Below, one piece after another: positions 11,744 through 24,460 of a stretch of DNA of 38,658 nt. The position numbers were made by a program, and so were the translations under genes. Within the stretch, counting starts at the first letter, position 1. Each line of letters opens with the position of its first letter. The notes under the pieces were generated by a model. That model did no database searches and was not told where the DNA came from. It saw only the letters and a list, made by a program, of their open reading frames with translations. This DNA is from Octopus bimaculoides (taxonomy: Eukaryota). The stretch is taken from positions 118,747,798 through 118,786,455 of the forward strand of contig NC_068983.1 in assembly GCF_001194135.2 (NCBI RefSeq). The letters are read 5' to 3'.

Positions 11744-13200
11744 CCCAGCCAAGGAGGCTGTTACCTAGAGGGCGACCGCTACCCGTAAAGAAAATACGAA
11801 AGGAAAAGAACCAACCGTGACATCGTCTGAGGAAGATATATTTTCAGATAGTGTCACGAAAACGACCAAAAAAATAAGAAAAAAGAAGAAAATGGAGTCG
11901 CTCACCAAAACTCAGGAGGCGGCTCCGAAAAATAAAATTGTGAAAAAACAAGAACTGAAAAAAAAAAAAAATAATAAATGAATAAAAGAAAAAAGGGAAA
12001 AATTTAAAACTTGAAAGAATTGAAATCCCGGAAAAAACGGGCACCACTATAGTGGCATTCAAAAACAGCAACAAATATCTAGAGGGGGTTATAAACCCCC
12101 ACCAACAAACTTCAATGTATGTTAACAGCGACAGCAGAAGTCCTGTTACAATCGGGAAAATTTACCGAAAGTTGTACGCGGAACTAAAGGGAAAGAACCC
12201 TAAAGAAATCGCGAAACTTAAAGAACTACCGAAAGTGTTTAACCTGCCGGTAGAACCAAGCCTAGAAGAGATGAAGGGGAGAGGGAACAGGTCTCAGTAG
12301 TCCTGAGAACAATCCCCCTCGAAAGATGAAAGAGGAGGTAAGGTCGACTTTCTTTTTTGGTTTATGACATGGCTACACTATGTATAGGTTGCTTGAAAGT
12401 ACGTGGCCTGGGCTCGAAGCGGAAGCAGGCTTATTTCCTCGAAGACCTCAGGTCACACAGAATTGATGTTATGGTTGCTACAGAGACCAAGTTGGACAAG
12501 CTGCAGGCCTTCTCAACTCTCCTGAATGGCTTTGAGAAAATCATGTATCCTAGTCGGACAGGATGGAAGGGAGGCTCTAGGCTTCGATGAGGAACAACTA
12601 ACCAGCCTGTTCGGGAGGACATTCGGGCCGAGGTATCTGGATAACTTTCAGAAATCCCTGGCTTGGTTGTGCTATCGATCGGCCTTGCCGGCTGGAGAGA
12701 GGTTGTCGAGACACGGATTTGACACCTCCCCAACATACCCGATGTGCGAGCGCGTCAGTGAAACTGTTGCGCATGTCTTTGTACACTGTGAGGACCTGCG
12801 GGAATTGATAAGCTATGTCGAACAACTGATGTCGGATGCGGAAAGAGTAAGACTCTCGACTGAGTCCATGATTAAGATCGCACCGCCTTCCTCCTTTAAC
12901 AAGGAAAGTAAGGCATATTTTTTCTGCGTAGTAGCCGTACTGAACGGCACAGTATGGATGATAAGTGCAAAAGGAATTGAGACAGGCTACTTTGTATCCG
13001 GATACGGGTTGGTAAGCTATTTCAACTTACATCTGTTAAGAAAGATCCGTCTGGAGAAAAGGTGCCTGCCTCAAAGTGTGTTTGGAAAAGATGGATAACT
13101 GTTGTAAGGAAGCTGAGAGTGAACGGGACCGTGCTACTGTAGCCGGTCAAGACGAAATAGAAGGAAAAAAAAAACGAAAAATAAAGGGAAAAAAAATAAT
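11744..13200 (+). mobile_element. L1/Tx1-like LINE remnant: ORF1 tail and APE start fused to the ORF2 C-terminus, RT deleted
   Basis: APE N-terminus CIGCLKVRGLGSK...IDVMVATETKL (12378-12500), then directly LDNFQKSLAW..RSALP..RLSRHG...C..ET..H.FVHC (zf-RVT-like) collinear with 22380-22800 of the longer copy. A-rich 3' end. Confidence 0.8.
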
Positions 13201-13310
13201 AACGAAATTCAGAAGCAAGACAGTTGCGGTATAATCCAAGTCTTTCTGACCCAACTTTTGAAAACCAGTGTAAACTGTGAAACCGGTTAAATCTTTAAAT
13301 ATATCCTCAG

Positions 13311-13345
13311 TGCATTCCGACGAAGAGCTCCGCTCGAAACGTCAA
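13311..13345 (+). ncRNA. Minimal hammerhead-ribozyme-like motif (decayed)
   Basis: ccgacga (CUGANGA with U4 to C), extra a, stem II gagc-tcc-gctc, gaaa, then c-gtc (palindromic ACGU stem III and GUC site). Stem I is only 2 bp. Confidence 0.6.
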
Positions 13346-13607
13346 ATTCTCTTTCTTTCCTTTCCCGAGCGTCCAGTAACACAATATCTGTATCACGTCC
13401 TTGCGTTGTTGTTTTTTGTTGTTTTTTTTGTCATTGACCATCCTGTTAAATTATATAAATACTCAATCAATAAGTCTACTAATGANNNNNNNNNNATATA
13501 CACTAGATTTCTGCATGTTTCTTTGATAACCCCAAGTGTGCCGCTAAGAGATTACTCGTTCGGTCAGAAATGGCAACCAAATATATCTCTGCTTCACATC
13601 ACACCAA

Positions 13608-13680
13608 GTTTTCTTTCTTTCTTTCTTTATTTCTTTCTTTCTTCCTTTCTTTCTTTCTTTCTTTCTTGCTTTCTTTCTTT
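13608..13680 (+). repeat. (TTTC)n microsatellite
   Basis: Directly visible. Confidence 0.93.
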
Positions 13681-14096
13681 CCAACACAGTTAATGTCATT
13701 ATCGGTGCACTATATCTGGAAAATAGGATAGGGTGTTCTCGGTTAAAAAAAGAAAAATATTTTATCATAGTTCTCTTGAATAAAGGCTAACCTGGAACAA
13801 ACGTGTTCCGTTTCATATCTTAACATCTATTGGCTACATTCAGCTTTTCTGCCTTATTTTGTCATCTTTTCGTCAAAGAGAGAAAGATAACACCTATGGC
13901 TCTTTGTTTTTTTAGTTCCTTCGACATTGATGGAAACAAAAGAGGAAGTTACCTTCGATTCGGAAATTTGGCATTGATGCTTATAAGAGAATGGAGTTGG
14001 TTCAGATAAAAGCATTTAAAGACCTGGTAGAGGGGTTGAGATGTTAAACTGGAAAACTGATTCAGTCGACCATACAATATGATGAGTCAAAGTGGA

Positions 14097-14307
14097 AGGC
14101 GGTGAGGTGGCAAAATTGTTACCGCACCGGCCAAAATGTCTAACGGCATTTTATCCGTCTTTACGTTCTGAGTTCAAATTCCGCAGAGGCCGACTTTACC
14201 TTTCATACCTTCGGGGTCGATAAAATAAGTACCAGTTAAACACTGAGGTTAATGTAATCGACTTATCTCCTCCCCCGAAACTGCTGGCCTTGTGCCAAAA
14301 TTGAAAT
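14097..14307 (+). mobile_element. tRNA-derived SINE (main family) with tail type B
   Basis: Head aggcggtgaggtggcaaaattgtta, gagttcaaattcc, body, tail gctggccttgtgccaaaattgaa. Confidence 0.87.
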
Positions 14308-14809
14308 GAATATGACGAGTAGAAGTGGTGGCGAGGATATGGAACAAAGTATTGAATGGATAAGATCGTTAGTTCGCATCCAATGACAGACATAGAACAT
14401 TATATTGTATAGTAAAAGCTTGTGAATATTTAACATATTAGGAAAAGTTGCTGAATAATCCCACCTGCTGCAGGGTAAACGGGAGAAATAACTTACTGAA
14501 GTTATTTGTTGCTTTTCACGTGGTTGATGTTTTAATTAAGCAAGTAGTCTTATACGAGTAAAATTCTCTTTTGCCCGGCGTGCTAACGATTCTGTCAGCC
14601 CGCCGCCTTACGAGAAACTAATAGTAGTCATTGATTGGTATTTTGTTTTCTTTACTCCTTGTCACAGTTTTAATGTTCCATGAATTAAATGTTAACAGTA
14701 ATTACCAAACAGTAAAACTGACAAGTTGTTTCGCGATTTACAGTACCAAAGGTAAACTCAGAAATAAATGTTAACAGTCTTCTCTTTAGAGCTTTATGAT
14801 ACTGCTATG

Positions 14810-15180
14810 GCCACGAGGGAAGATGCGTGGCTTAGTGGCTATGGTATTCGGCTCACGATTATAAGGTCATGAGTTCCAGTTCAGGCGGCATGTTGTGTCC
14901 TTGAGCAAGACACTTTATTTCACGTTGCTCCAGTCCACTCAGCTAGCAAAAATGAATGATACCTGTAATTCAAAGGGCCAGTTTTGTCACATTCTCTGTC
15001 ACGCTGAATCTCCCTGAGGACTATGTTAAAGACACGCGTGTCTGTGAAATGCTCAGCCACTTGCACGTTGACTTCACGAGCAACCCGATCACGTTGATCG
15101 GATTAACTGGTACTTTTGTTAATCCGATCACGTTGATCAGATTAACTGGTACTCTTGTCGTCGTAACCGACGGAGTGCCG
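14810..15180 (+). mobile_element. tRNA-derived SINE with a CORE/V-like central domain (third family)
   Basis: gcgtggcttagtgg A-box, gagttccagttc B-box-like motif, tgtgtccttgagcaagacacttt central motif, tail ending gtaaccgacggagtgcc. Confidence 0.75.
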
Positions 15181-16036
15181 CTTAAATATCCTCACGAAAT
15201 TCACTTATTTGATACTTTTCCCCACCTTTGCTTTCTTTGCTATTAATTCTGTAACAGAAGTTAATAAAATAAATAATAATTCTATCATTTCTATTCTGTA
15301 ATTTACGTAATTCGTTTAGTCTTTTATTTTAGTCGCCGGATCTGTATTAGTGATGTTAGTTAGATTGAGAATAATGCGCATTGTTAGCGTCTCTCCAGCA
15401 CCTCCGACAGGAAGTTTATAAAACACCCAAAGTTACAGTACTTTCTTGGTTTATAGCAGTGAACCAATCAGCTTAGGTGAGCCGAACTATTGAGAAATAA
15501 AAGCTTTCACCCTGAACAACGCGCATTGTTGGTTAGAGGACTTGAACTGCCTACCCTGTCCGTTATTTAGTATTAGTTTTTAGCTCTAGATCAATCATGA
15601 CTAAGCAGACTTGTATTAGTGACATCCTATCTGTGTCCATCCCGTTCTTTTCTCGGGCATTGTGTATCTAAAATTATACTATCCAATGTGTACTTCCATC
15701 TTAATAGGTTGAAGTACAGATCGAGAGAGTTTTAGCTGCTAATTCTTGCCGGTCCAAGGAACTACGTACAACCGAAGCTCCCAACTAATTTGAATGAATT
15801 TCCCATGGTTTCCTGGCTCTTGAAAAATCTGTCTACTCGATAAACGAAGTTTATGAACTAACAATGAACTCGTTTCCCAGTTTCATCTTTCAGATGATAA
15901 ATATATGTAACTAAATAATTTTATGTAACTAACAAACAACACTACAACCTTTTAAAATTTTAAATAGAGTTCACAACAACCAATACTAACTTTGTTAATA
16001 TGTTGGTGTATCTCAGACAACTCCATGTGTTGAATA

Positions 16037-16037
<1 letters not shown>

Positions 16038-16108
<71 letters not shown>

Positions 16109-16132
16109 GTCTGCCTGTCTGTCTGTCTGTCT
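16038..16132 (+). repeat. (ATCT)n/(GTCT)n microsatellite
   Basis: Directly visible. Confidence 0.97.
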
Positions 16133-17659
16133 ACTTTTATATCCATAAACCTTTTACAGAAAATTAAACCTCCTTATACCTCCCTGTACTTTACTACTTT
16201 TTATTGTCCTTCGTTTTTATCTCATTCTATTTTGATTTGTTTTATTTTGTTTTGTTTTGCTTTATTTTTTAATCATTTTTTTGTCTTCCCTAACTAACGG
16301 CATTATCCTGTTTTCTTACCAATATTACTTTTGTGAAGCGCAAACACCAGCTTGAGAATCGCTAACGCAGAAGCTTCATCATCGGTTGGTTTTCCGATTT
16401 ACCGTTGTCTCAACTATCCATTAATCTCATAAAATGTCTAAATTGAGGCGTCTGCGTAGTGGACATAGTAAAGTGAAAGTCATCTTCTAGTGGGCTGAGT
16501 CAGAGAGTTAATTTAGAATCCCATTTAGAGTTAAGAATTAATTCAGTTCTTTTTTTCACTGTGTCATTTTCTTCTAAAATTAAGTTATGCTTTTGCGTCG
16601 ATTCTAGATTTTATTTTAGTCCAGATCAGCCCTGGTCCAGCATACATTATCAAAACACTTTACCTACTGTAGCCACTCTGCTTTTTTCCTAGATTGTGTA
16701 TGTCTTGTGCTACGTCTTCTAAAGTGTCCTTTGTTGCTGTCGTTTAGTCCCCAGTCACTTCTCATCGAGCAAATCAATGGTGTTTCAGCTGTGAGTATTT
16801 CATCCTTTTGTTTTCTAGGACTATATTATCTCCCTTTTTTGAGACAGTAGGGTATAGTTTGAAGGAGATACGACCACGTAGAGGTTTGTTCCTTGGCTCA
16901 TTATTTTCTCTTAAAAAATGTGTGAGTTGATGAAAGATGACTACTATTTCTAGTATGCTGAGCGACGTACGTACATTCGCTTTTAGCTCGTTTTCTTTTC
17001 TTAAATGGTAGGTTATGATTTATATAAGATAGATTTAGCTGCTGTTTCTAGTGACCGCATAGAGAGCCTCTTGTTGGCTCACTGATTCAAGAAGGTTTTC
17101 TGTTGGTTATTGACAGACAATGATAGTTGCAAGAGAAAAATAAACTCTCCTTTTTTCTTCATCGCAGTTCTTTTATTTTTGTTTGGAGTTAACAAGTACT
17201 TTAGTATGACGTAGCTTGCCTGAATTGTTCTTTAGCAAGTTTCAAACAGCTGTTAAATCTAGGATTGAACTTCCTTCAGCTGCTGTTCTTCCAGCAATGA
17301 AATCAATCCTTTTACTCCACACAGACACACATGGAGACAGTCTTCTCTTATCGCTCTTTCTTTCTTTCTAGTTTTTCTTTATTCCTTTCCTTTTCCTTCT
17401 TTCTTATAATCTGTTTTTTTTTCTTTGAAATTCATGTTGTTACCCCTTTCATTACTATCATTCCTATCATCATCATTGTTGGCACTTTACGTTCTGTGTT
17501 CAAATACTGCCAAAGTCCACTTGCCTTACGTCTACCCGTAAATAAATGAAATATACTACCTGTCAAACACTGAGCTTCTCACTTTCTAGTGACAAGCTCA
17601 GTATTACCTACCAGTAATCAATGAAATATACTACCTGTCAAATACTACCGCCCCCAAAT

Positions 17660-17942
17660 TGCTACAACTTAACAGAATCGTTCGCACGTCGGACAAAATG
17701 TTTCGCGGCATTTCGTCCCTCATCACGTTTTGAGTTCAAATTTCACGAAGGTTCACTTTGCCTTTCACTCTTTCAGGGTCGATAAAATAAGTATCAGTTG
17801 AACATTTGGATTGATGTAATCGACTTAGCCCCTCCTCCGAAATTGCTGGCCTTGTGTCAAATTTTGAAATTCTTCTTCTTCTTCTTCTTCTTCTTCTTCT
17901 TCTTCTTCTTCTTCTTCTTCTTCTTCTTCTTCTTCTTCTTCT
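17660..17942 (+). mobile_element. tRNA-derived SINE (tail type B) followed by (TTC)n
   Basis: gagttcaaatttc, gcctttcactctttcagggtcgataaaataagtatcag, gctggccttgtgtcaaattttgaa; (TTC)n at 17871-17942. Confidence 0.87.
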
Positions 17943-18299
17943 ATTTGCTGCGGAATACGTTAGACGTATTTTCGAACACGGTGCGTAAGTCTCGTTCAAA
18001 ATCATTGTTTTCACCCGTTTCGTGTTGTTCTATCTGTAAAATACTTGTTATAATTTGTTATTAAGAGCACCAGGGATTTTTTGACTGGTGCTCTGTGATT
18101 ATTTTGCCACGTAATTGATATTTTGCCTAAAAAACAAAAACGATCGTTTAGCATTTAAAATATATATATATATGTATATATATAAGATAGCATCAACAAC
18201 AGCCATCAAGGGAGCATCGAAGGGAAGAACCGTTCCTCTCACCAGCCCTCTTACTGCCCAAGATTTTCCTTCTCTTCCTTCATCCATTCTGAAAGAATG

Positions 18300-19333
18300 A
18301 CGGCTGCGGCAACAACAACCTGAATATCATCAGACCACTAGAAAGTGACACTATCGTAGGGTGAATCAGCACCCTACTACTATCACCAGTAGTAGCCCTA
18401 CGCTAAGCATGCCGAAGGACAACGGAGATAGTGCAAACAACAGCAAAAACAGCAAACCCACTTCCGCCGCCACCACCACCACCATCACCACTATCATCAC
18501 CGCCACCTGCACAAGCACTAATACAACGGAAACAGCAGCCGTTGTTATTTCTATATAGAATGGGTACGGTTTCGCACAAGCATGTCGACTGGAGAAAGAT
18601 GACGTGTCAGAAAAAAAAACGTTAGGTGACGCCAAAGCGCATTTATCAAAGATTGGCATAATACTATTTCTAAACACGCCAAAGTAATACGAGAAGATAC
18701 TAAAAAAAAAAAAAGAAAAAAGAAAAAGGACAAACAGACTATCATCTTCATGTATATTTCAAGAAAAGCCAGGAGACTGGAGCAAGCGGCGAAGGCCCAG
18801 ATTAAAAAATGCCTAAAACAAGTCTGGGGATAAAAACTTATGTCGTCTGTGGGAAACGCTTTAGCACAGTTGATGTGAGATTCCCAGTTGAAGAAAAAGC
18901 CAAAAACAATCCTCAAAATGAAGAACTGTGGCTCATTCTGCCATACCTCGATTGGGGGGATGTTAAAATAAAGGTAGCAAGGGTACCACCAGAAGTGAAT
19001 ATCTTTTTACTGGTAGCAGCTGTATTATAGTGCATCGTGATTAAAACAACAATTCTCCCAGTGCGCGAAATGGGAAAGGGAATCTGGTCAGGCATGAGAA
19101 TGGAATTATTGATACAGAGCGATAGGTGAGTATCGAAGCTATTCCTGATCTGATCAACCTCCCTAATAGTATGCAGTTATTCGTAGTTGTCGAGGACAGA
19201 AAACCGGGATTTCACATTTGTGGCGAGACAAACCACTTAAAGGCTTTCTGCCCAATGCAAAGAAAAGGAAAAAAGCTACAGCTGCAGACACCTCAAAAAC
19301 AACATCAACATCAAAAGCAATAGCAACAGAACC

Positions 19334-19384
<51 letters not shown>

Positions 19385-22300
19385 AGCATCAGTGCCAAGA
19401 GCAGCAGCACCATCCAAAAGAACAACAACATGAAGAGAAGGAGCAGCAGGCGGGATTCATTCAAAATTAGAAGCAAGCACTGTTACAACACACACAAAAA
19501 AATATCAATAACATCACCTATACCATCGTAACGAAAAAAGCCTCACCCACAACAGCTGACCAGATCGCCAACTTAGAAATGCACGACTGTGCAGACATAA
19601 GTCCCCCACCCCTTGCCACAGATTTCTCTGTTTGTGAAGACTCGTCTAGCAGGAAAACTACCAGAATGGTAAAAATTACAAAATGTAAAGCGCGATACAA
19701 GACTGAAGACACAGTATGAAAGATTAGAGGAGGAGACACAGAAACCAACAAACCATCACACAGCCACACTCTCTTTACCAACGCAATTACAAACATCTCC
19801 GACACAACAGACACCACCAACATTACAAACACCTCAACAAACGAAAACATCAATCCAGACAAAAAACATGAATAACCCTCCCAAAGCATCATCAATTATA
19901 CGGCTATAGACACAAACAACAAGAACTTAATAAAACATATTCAAAAATACATTACTCTAAATTAATACATCGCATCGCCGCATAATACACCTATTCACAT
20001 AAAAAATATAAAAACAACGCAACGACATACTAACCAGAGAAAAACATTTCAAGGGAATGGAAGATTTCCGTGGAACATAAACAAAGAAATGCTTGTAGAG
20101 ACACCCACAAATTGCTAGAAGGACTGAACACATTTCTTTCCACAGAAATAGGGTAAGTGATTTTCATCATACTCCTCTCTCAGAAACATCGCCTTGCTCT
20201 GAATAGTCAGAATGAATGCACGCGGCCTGGGTTCGCCTTAGAAACAAGGTGACCTACTCAATGACTACAGCTCACTAAGTATAGATGTCGTGGCTGTCAA
20301 GGAGACCACATTTTCTAATCGACAAGCTTTCATGCTCATTTTCGATGGATACGAGATTTACTTATCTCCATATAAACAGGGAACGGGGGAGGGGTGGGGT
20401 GGAACTGTGAAGTTCCTGAAAGGTTTGCATCTCAGGACAAGAACCATCTTCCTGTATCCGGAAACTATGTAGGTGGTACTGGATGTCAACAGTAGCGACA
20501 GGGGTGATTTCAAAATTTTGGATGTCTGTGCTTCGACAGGGGCAGGACAGCTGGATTTCTTCAGACGTCTGGAGGTTTTCCTGGGAATGTCTCGAACTTT
20601 GGTGCCAATGGGTGACTAAAACTGTCTTGGACGCACATTTATTCTGAGTGCGGTTATCTGTTAGAAGAGGGAGGGTGAAAAAGGCTCGCAAACCTGTTCA
20701 GACTTTCAACTGAATTTCTTGAATGTGTCAGTGTGAACATGGGCGAACCACATCGGGTCACTTAGGCCATATCTAGATAGAATAGGCTGTCGGCTAGCAG
20801 ATAAGGATAGCATAAGTTACCACTTTTCAAAATCTTCGGTTACACAGATCACAAGATTGTGATCTGCACGGTCGATATAGATAGGCTTCGTAGGCAGGGA
20901 CCCACTTGCTGGAAGTTGAACGCGTCATTCCAGGCGTGACAAGCTTACAGAGACCGGATTAGAGAATTAGTTAAGCGGGCGTTGAAGGGATTAATAGTCA
21001 ACAACAAATGATGGTCTTTCCCTAAAAAGGGCAATAAGAGTAGAACCGATAACGTTTAGCAAGGCATAGAAAGAAGTAGAATAGAAGGAGTCTTAGGAAC
21101 TTAAATGAGGCGCTTAGGAAAGGTATTACAACCGACGTGCTCATGGCGAGATTATCCCTGGACCATTTCTTCAACGCTGAGCACGAAGGATGCATTGTTA
21201 GAACCAAAGCGCCTGCTTTAAGAAACGAGGGAACGAAAGCCGCTCAATGGGCCCGAGTGGAAGAAGCGTAACATGGCAGCAAAGCCACAATTCGGTCTTT
21301 GGGGGACAAAAATGGGCACCTAGTGCTCGATCTCGAGCAGATGCGTGCATTTCTGATCAGCTTGGATCAATCAAAACCCTTCAACAGTGTCGACCACCAA
21401 TACTTGGCGGTCGTTCTCATGGTGACTGGTTTCGGTCCAGTTTTCCGCGGTCCGATTGCCATAGTGTACAACATCTGCTCGGTAGTTCGGATGAATGGTT
21501 ATGTATCGGAACCGTTCAGCATCATGCACTTGGTCTGTCAAGGGTACACCACTTCGTCTCTTCTGTGTGTACTGGCTCTATTAGCCACTGTTTCAGAAAT
21601 TGGAGTCGTTGGAAGGCATTCCATGCAAACTAGGACGTCTGAGAACTGTGTCGGCATTGCGGACGACATTACTGCCATAGTGTCGGATACTAGGCGCATA
21701 TACCTAGTTGGTACTGGTCTAAAAGAATATGAGGCGGTGACAGGTGCCAAAAATAATCAAAAAAGTCAGTGGGTTTGCAGCTCGAGACGCTTGACGGAGG
21801 GACCGGTTAAATTGCTCGGGGTCTGGTTTGATCCGGATCCTTAGGAAAAGAAAAAATGGGACGAGGTGACAAGCAGAGTCGCCAATCTCACCCAGAAATG
21901 GGCTGAAAAAAGTTGTCTTTGAGGTCGGGCAGAGATGGCAAATGCATACATCGCCTCCGTCATATACTACCGCTTCGCCGTCGTGCTTTGCCATAGTTTA
22001 TGCCTGATATAACTGGAGCACATACTCTTCCGCTTTCTGTAGAAGGCATGCATTTCACTAGTTAGGTGCTCCATTTGCTGTCAGCACTTGCTGAATGTAG
22101 GGCTAGGCATGGCCTGAATGCTGATACACAAACATGTGCTGAGGCTACATCTCCAGCGCTTCCTCGACGATGAGCCAGTGTGGTCGCCGTTTGACAGATT
22201 CACTCTTCCGCAGCTTGTCCCTTTGACTGAGCTGCAGTCCTGAATCAAGCGTAGACCGAAGTAGGGTACCTGGCACATAGAGCACCCCCAGGCGCTCACA

Positions 22301-23060
22301 ATCCTTTGTCAGTCGAGCAATGCGGTTGGTGGAAGTTCCACTTTGGCGTTCTATAGAAAGTTAGTGGCGGACTAGTGTGAAGACGTTCTCGGGGAGACTG
22401 TGGATGTTGATGTGAATCAACTGGCTGGTCTATAGATAATTTCCAGCAATCTCTGACCTTGCTATGTTGCCGGGCGTATTTCCAGTTGAAGATAAACTCC
22501 CCAGGCATGGAAACGTCACCAGCCGGATCTACTCGAGAGGTGTGCAGAGCAAGGAAAGTGTTTTGCACTCTCTCATCCAATGCCCGAACGTTGTTGGTTT
22601 GAGGGTTAATGTTGAACACCTACTGAATCTGTAGTACGGATCCGGCTATTGGCTGAGTTCATTGTGAAGATCGTTTCACCGCCTAGCTTTGGCCAGAAAG
22701 GACAGACAGTGTTTATCCGTCTAGTGCTTTAACGAAAGATGTGTGGTGGACCAGATTGGTTGAAGATACTTGAAAAGGAATGTGAGGGAAAAGAAAAGGG
22801 AAGTGATGTCTTCCAGTCAAGTTGTTGATCTTTTGGGTGGAAGGATAGTCCAAATAAGTGAGTCTGCTTCAAGCATGTGCCATTAGATTGAAGGAAGATG
22901 AAGAGGGGCATTTGAACTAGTGGTTAAGGTAAACGTGGTTTTGTGAGGCTTCCTGTCTTTTCAAGAACCTTTTTCTTGTTCTTTATTTTCCTCATTTTAC
23001 TGTTTACGCGCCTTCATGTAACCTCACGACATATCATATTGTATTTTATCGTCCGCTACT
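18300..23060 (+). mobile_element. Near full-length decayed L1/Tx1-like LINE (ORF1 with CCHC knuckle; ORF2 APE-RT-zf)
   Basis: ORF1 knuckle relic HICGETNHLKAFC (~19215-19255). APE NARGLGS...IDVVAVKET (20213-20305). RT LDQSKPFNSVDH (~21360-21398) and ADD at 21659-21667. KLLGVWF (~21810-21830). C-terminal DKL.RHG...ESVLH.LIQC (22490-22585). T-rich 3' UTR. Heavily frameshifted; boundaries approximate. Confidence 0.85.
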
Positions 23061-23090
23061 GTTCTTCGTAATTAATATAATAATCATGAT

Positions 23091-23295
23091 AAATCCTTTC
23101 TACTAAAATTTTGAGGGAGGAGGTAAGTCAATTATATCGACCCCAGTACTCAGCAGGTACTTAATTTATCTACCCCAAAAGGATGAAGGGCAAAGTTGAC
23201 CTCGGTGGAATTTCAACCCGGAACGTAGTGCCGGGCGAAATACCACTAAGCATTTTGCCTGGCATGCTAACGGTTCTTTCCAGCTCGCTGCCTTA
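23091..23295 (-). mobile_element. tRNA-derived SINE (main family)
   Basis: Reverse complement of head aaggcagcgagctggaaagaaccgttagc and body. Confidence 0.87.
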
Positions 23296-23324
23296 AGTAT
23301 AATAATAGTAATGATAATAATAAC

Positions 23325-23472
23325 AATGGTTTCAAATTTTGCCACAAGGGCAGCCATTTTGGGGGAGGGTATGAGTCGATTACATCGACCCTTGTGTTCA
23401 ACTGGTACTTATTTAATCGGCTCCGAAAGAATGAAAGGCAAAGTCGATCTGGGTGGAATTTAAACTCAGAAC
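23325..23472 (-). mobile_element. 5'-truncated SINE (tail type B)
   Basis: Reverse complement of body and the ccttgtggcaaaatttgaaacc tail. Confidence 0.83.
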
Positions 23473-23692
23473 GAATAATGATAATGGTAGTAACTTCACA
23501 GTTTTAGTTTCTAAATTATTTGTTCGCAAGGCATAATAGAAACTATGGAAATAGTAGGATAGAGCATTTCGTCTAAGGTTCCTAAAGCAGATAATGCCGA
23601 AGCTCTACCTCCCGGTAGACCCGTCCATTCATTTGGCACGATAGCGAGCAGATGGAAGCTGAGGAGGAGTAAGGTAAGGAAGAGAGAAAAAA

Positions 23693-23736
23693 GTGAAGAA
23701 GAAGAAGAAGAAGAAGAAGAAGAAGAAGAAGAAGAA
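23693..23736 (+). repeat. (GAA)n microsatellite
   Basis: Directly visible; source of the poly-K ORF. Confidence 0.96.
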
Positions 23737-24411
23737 CATCAACAAGAGAAAACAGAAGAGGACTCTACAGAATGATATGAAGTTATCGGCCTTGGAATTG
23801 AACAAGCACCTCAGATTAGAGCTGGGACTCAATAAAAGCGATACCGAAGAAATATTCTGTGAGAAAGGAGAAAGACATTGAACCGATATTAAAAAGGCAA
23901 GTGAAAGGATGATGTAGGTCATATCATAAATGACTAAAACATTAATTAAACAGATGGATGATTTCTAGCTTGGCAAATGCAAAAATTGCTTCAAGAACGT
24001 TTTTAGGTGTATTTAACGTGAATGCAACGTGTAGCAAGTGGCTAAAGTCGTGGGATGTTCTGATCTATCCTAGTTAATGAGTTATTAGCTGTGTGTGGAT
24101 GGGTCACCCAATTTATAATTGTTTTGTTAAATTATATCTTGTTTTAATTGTTCAAATATCATTTGTCTCTTTAATAATATTTTTTCAAATTTCAAACGTC
24201 CTTACTCCTTCTCGTTTTTATCTTGCTCTTTTGTCCATCACCACATGCTTTTATAATTCCTTCGTTTTAAAGTTTGTATTTATTAATTATCGTTATACAA
24301 GTATAGAATGTCAGAACAAAAAAGAGGTGAAACAGTTCTATATTTAAGAGACGAGGAATTATGTACATTATTTACATTTGACGGATATTTGTTCTCACCT
24401 TGCTTGTTATT

Positions 24412-24460
24412 AACACAACTTTTCGGCTGATATACTCTCCGGCCTTCGTTAGGTCTTGGG
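24412..24460 (-). ncRNA. Decayed minimal hammerhead motif in the PLE terminal repeat
   Basis: Minus strand: aagac-ctaacga-aggccggagagtatatcagcc-gaaa-agtt-gtgtt. The inverted copy at 25938-25960 keeps cagcc-gaaacgtt-gtgtt. Confidence 0.6.

Noticed and set aside
18064-18094. Isolated perfect hairpins (10 bp at 18064-18094; 11 bp at 26564-26590)
   Set aside because: Single short stems can occur by chance in 38 kb of repeat-rich DNA; no second copy or context supports a function.
23740-23930. Possible RTE LINE 3' end after (GAA)n
   Set aside because: Only a loose match to the DMK..GL...A.DR pattern, and it needs a frameshift.
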